Shown piece after piece: positions 15,047 through 16,554 of a stretch of 16,554 nt of DNA. The notes under the pieces were generated by a model. That model was not told where the DNA came from and searched no databases. It saw only the letters and a program-made list of their open reading frames with translations. A program made the position numbers and the translations under genes. Source of the stretch: Armatimonadota bacterium (GTDB lineage Bacteria > Armatimonadota > Zipacnadia > Zipacnadales > UBA5352); assembly GCA_034722055.1 (NCBI GenBank), contig JAYENL010000038.1:97844-114397 (forward strand). The letters are read 5' to 3'. Within the stretch, counting starts at the first letter, position 1. Each line of letters starts with the position of its first letter.

Positions 15047-16504
15047 CTACTCCACGGGCCTCCATCGGAGTATCGGCTCGCGAGCGGCCTTCACCTCATC
15101 CACCCGCCTCACCGGCGTGCGGCGCGGCGCGTCGTGCAGGCGTCGAGGCTCCTCTCGGGCCTCATCCGCAATCTGCAGCATGACCGCGATGAAGCGCTCC
15201 AGCGTGCTCCGGCTCTCCGTCTCGGTCGGCTCGATCATCAGCGCCTCGTCCACGATGATCGGGAAGTACATCGTCGGCGGATGGATACCGAAGTCCAGCA
15301 GCCTCTTGGCCACGTCCGCGGCCCTCACGCCCGTCTCCTGCAGCATCGCCTTTGCCGACAGGACGCACTCGTGCATGCACGGGCCGGGATAGGGCAGGTC
15401 CCACTCATCCTGCAGCATGTGCATGACATAGTTCGCGTTGAGGACGGCATCCTCGCTGACCCTGCGCAGACCCTCAGCGCCCATCGAGAGGATGTAGGCC
15501 CACGCCCGCACCGCCACCAGGAAGTTCCCGTAGAAGGCGTGCACCTTGCCGATGCTCTGGGGCCTGTCCCAGTCCCACGCCAGGCGGCCGTCGCCGCTCT
15601 CGATCATCCGCGGGACCGGCAGGAAGGGCGCCAGCTCCGCCGTCACAGCCACCGGCCCCGAGCCGGGCCCGCCTCCTCCGTGGGGCGTGCTGAAGGTCTT
15701 GTGCAGGTTCACCTGCACGGCGTCGAAGCCCATGTCCCCGGGCCGGGCATGGCCCATGATGGCGTTTAGGTTCGCCCCGTCGCAGTAGAGAAGGGCGCCC
15801 GCTTCGTGGACGAGCCGGGCGATCTCCAGCACCTCGGTCTCGAAGAGGCCCAGCGTGTTGGGGTTGGTGAGCATCATGGCGGCTACGTCGTCATCGAGGG
15901 CGTCTTCCAGCTCCCCGAGGTCCACCCGACCGTCATCCCCGGATTGGAGCGCAGTGACGGTGTAGCCGCAGCGGGCCACCGAGGCCGGGTTGGTGCCGTG
16001 CGCGGTATCCGGGACGATGACGCGCCTGCGCGTCTCGCCGCGGCTGTCGTGGCAGGCCCTGAAGATCCGCAAGGAGGTGAACTCGCCCGCCGCCCCCGCC
16101 GGCGGCTGCAGCGACACCGCCTCCATGCCCAGGATCTCCGCCAGCCAGCTCTCCAGTTGGTGCATCAGCCGCATGGCGCCCTGCGCGGCCTCCTCCGGCA
16201 TCTCCGGGTGCAGCCGCGTCCAACCCGCCTCCGACGCGATGCTCTCATGCACCTTGGGGTTGTACTTCATGGTGCAGGAGCCCAGCGGGTAGAAGTTGGC
16301 GTCCACGTTGAAGTTCTCACCGGCCAGTCGCGCGAAGTGCTGCGCGATCTCCGGCTCGCTGACCCGCGGCAGATTCGGTGGCTCATCCCGCAGATGCGCC
16401 GCGGGGATCATCTCGTCCGGCGCGGCGGCCGGGACGTCGGGCTGGGGCATGCGCGTGCAGCGCTTGCCCTCCTCAGAGATCCCGAAAAGCGTCGGCTCCG
16501 GCAT
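15047..16504 (-). CDS. gcvPB: Glycine dehydrogenase (decarboxylating) subunit 2, glycine cleavage P protein beta, 485 aa
   Basis: Hallmark motifs FYPLGSCTMKYNPK, AHGTNPAS, MLTNPNTLGLFE, DGANLNA, PLP-lysine LHKTFSTPHGGGGPGSGP, AVLNANY, DVAKRLLDFGIHPPTMYFP and MIEPTETES. Confidence 0.97.
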   Translation of the reverse strand: MPEPTLFGISEEGKRCTRMPQPDVPAAAPDEMIPAAHLRDEPPNLPRVSEPEIAQHFARLAGENFNVDANFYPLGSCTMKYNPKVHESIASEAGWTRLHPEMPEEAAQGAMRLMHQLESWLAEILGMEAVSLQPPAGAAGEFTSLRIFRACHDSRGETRRRVIVPDTAHGTNPASVARCGYTVTALQSGDDGRVDLGELEDALDDDVAAMMLTNPNTLGLFETEVLEIARLVHEAGALLYCDGANLNAIMGHARPGDMGFDAVQVNLHKTFSTPHGGGGPGSGPVAVTAELAPFLPVPRMIESGDGRLAWDWDRPQSIGKVHAFYGNFLVAVRAWAYILSMGAEGLRRVSEDAVLNANYVMHMLQDEWDLPYPGPCMHECVLSAKAMLQETGVRAADVAKRLLDFGIHPPTMYFPIIVDEALMIEPTETESRSTLERFIAVMLQIADEAREEPRRLHDAPRRTPVRRVDEVKAAREPILRWRPVE

Positions 16505-16540
16505 CGTCGTCTCGTCCCTCTCTGTGGCTGGACCTGCTGT

Positions 16541-16554
16541 CTACAGCCCGGCGA
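16541..16554 (-). CDS. Possible 3' end of an upstream gene (gcvPA expected)
   Basis: Minus strand reads ...GCC GGG CTG TAG ending 36 nt before the gcvPB start. gcvPA normally precedes gcvPB, but only four codons are visible. Confidence 0.3.

Noticed and set aside
15047..16504. Glycine riboswitch or functional link between gcvPB and the glycan genes
   Set aside because: The operon leader lies outside the window, and gcvPB is convergent with the cluster and looks like ordinary housekeeping.

Overview
High-GC bacterial window (visibly about 70% GC, not computed) with nine well-supported CDSs. On the + strand: a secreted multidomain DUF4838-type protein (367-3579), a likely operon of a DapA-family aldolase, a NodB-type deacetylase and a secreted beta-helix protein (7286-10316), and a secreted FG-GAP/VCBS-repeat protein (12278-15007). 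On the - strand: a secreted beta-propeller with an inserted jelly-roll domain (3707-6016), a cyclase/KynB-family metal hydrolase (6484-7128), a Gfo/Idh/MocA oxidoreductase (10566-11651) and gcvPB (15047-16504). The most unusual signal is non-coding. Two diverged, inverted copies of an approximately 190-210 bp element (about 10339-10531 on - and about 11948-12156 on +) flank the oxidoreductase gene. Both fold into the same tight four-way junction, with compensatory changes and G-U pairs on one strand only, and their closing stem is built from the head of a local GGAG-type REP. The intergenic regions also hold several different REP-like hairpin families (GTAG, GTGG, GGAG and CGAG heads). No transposase, RAYT, CRISPR array, tRNA or rRNA is visible.
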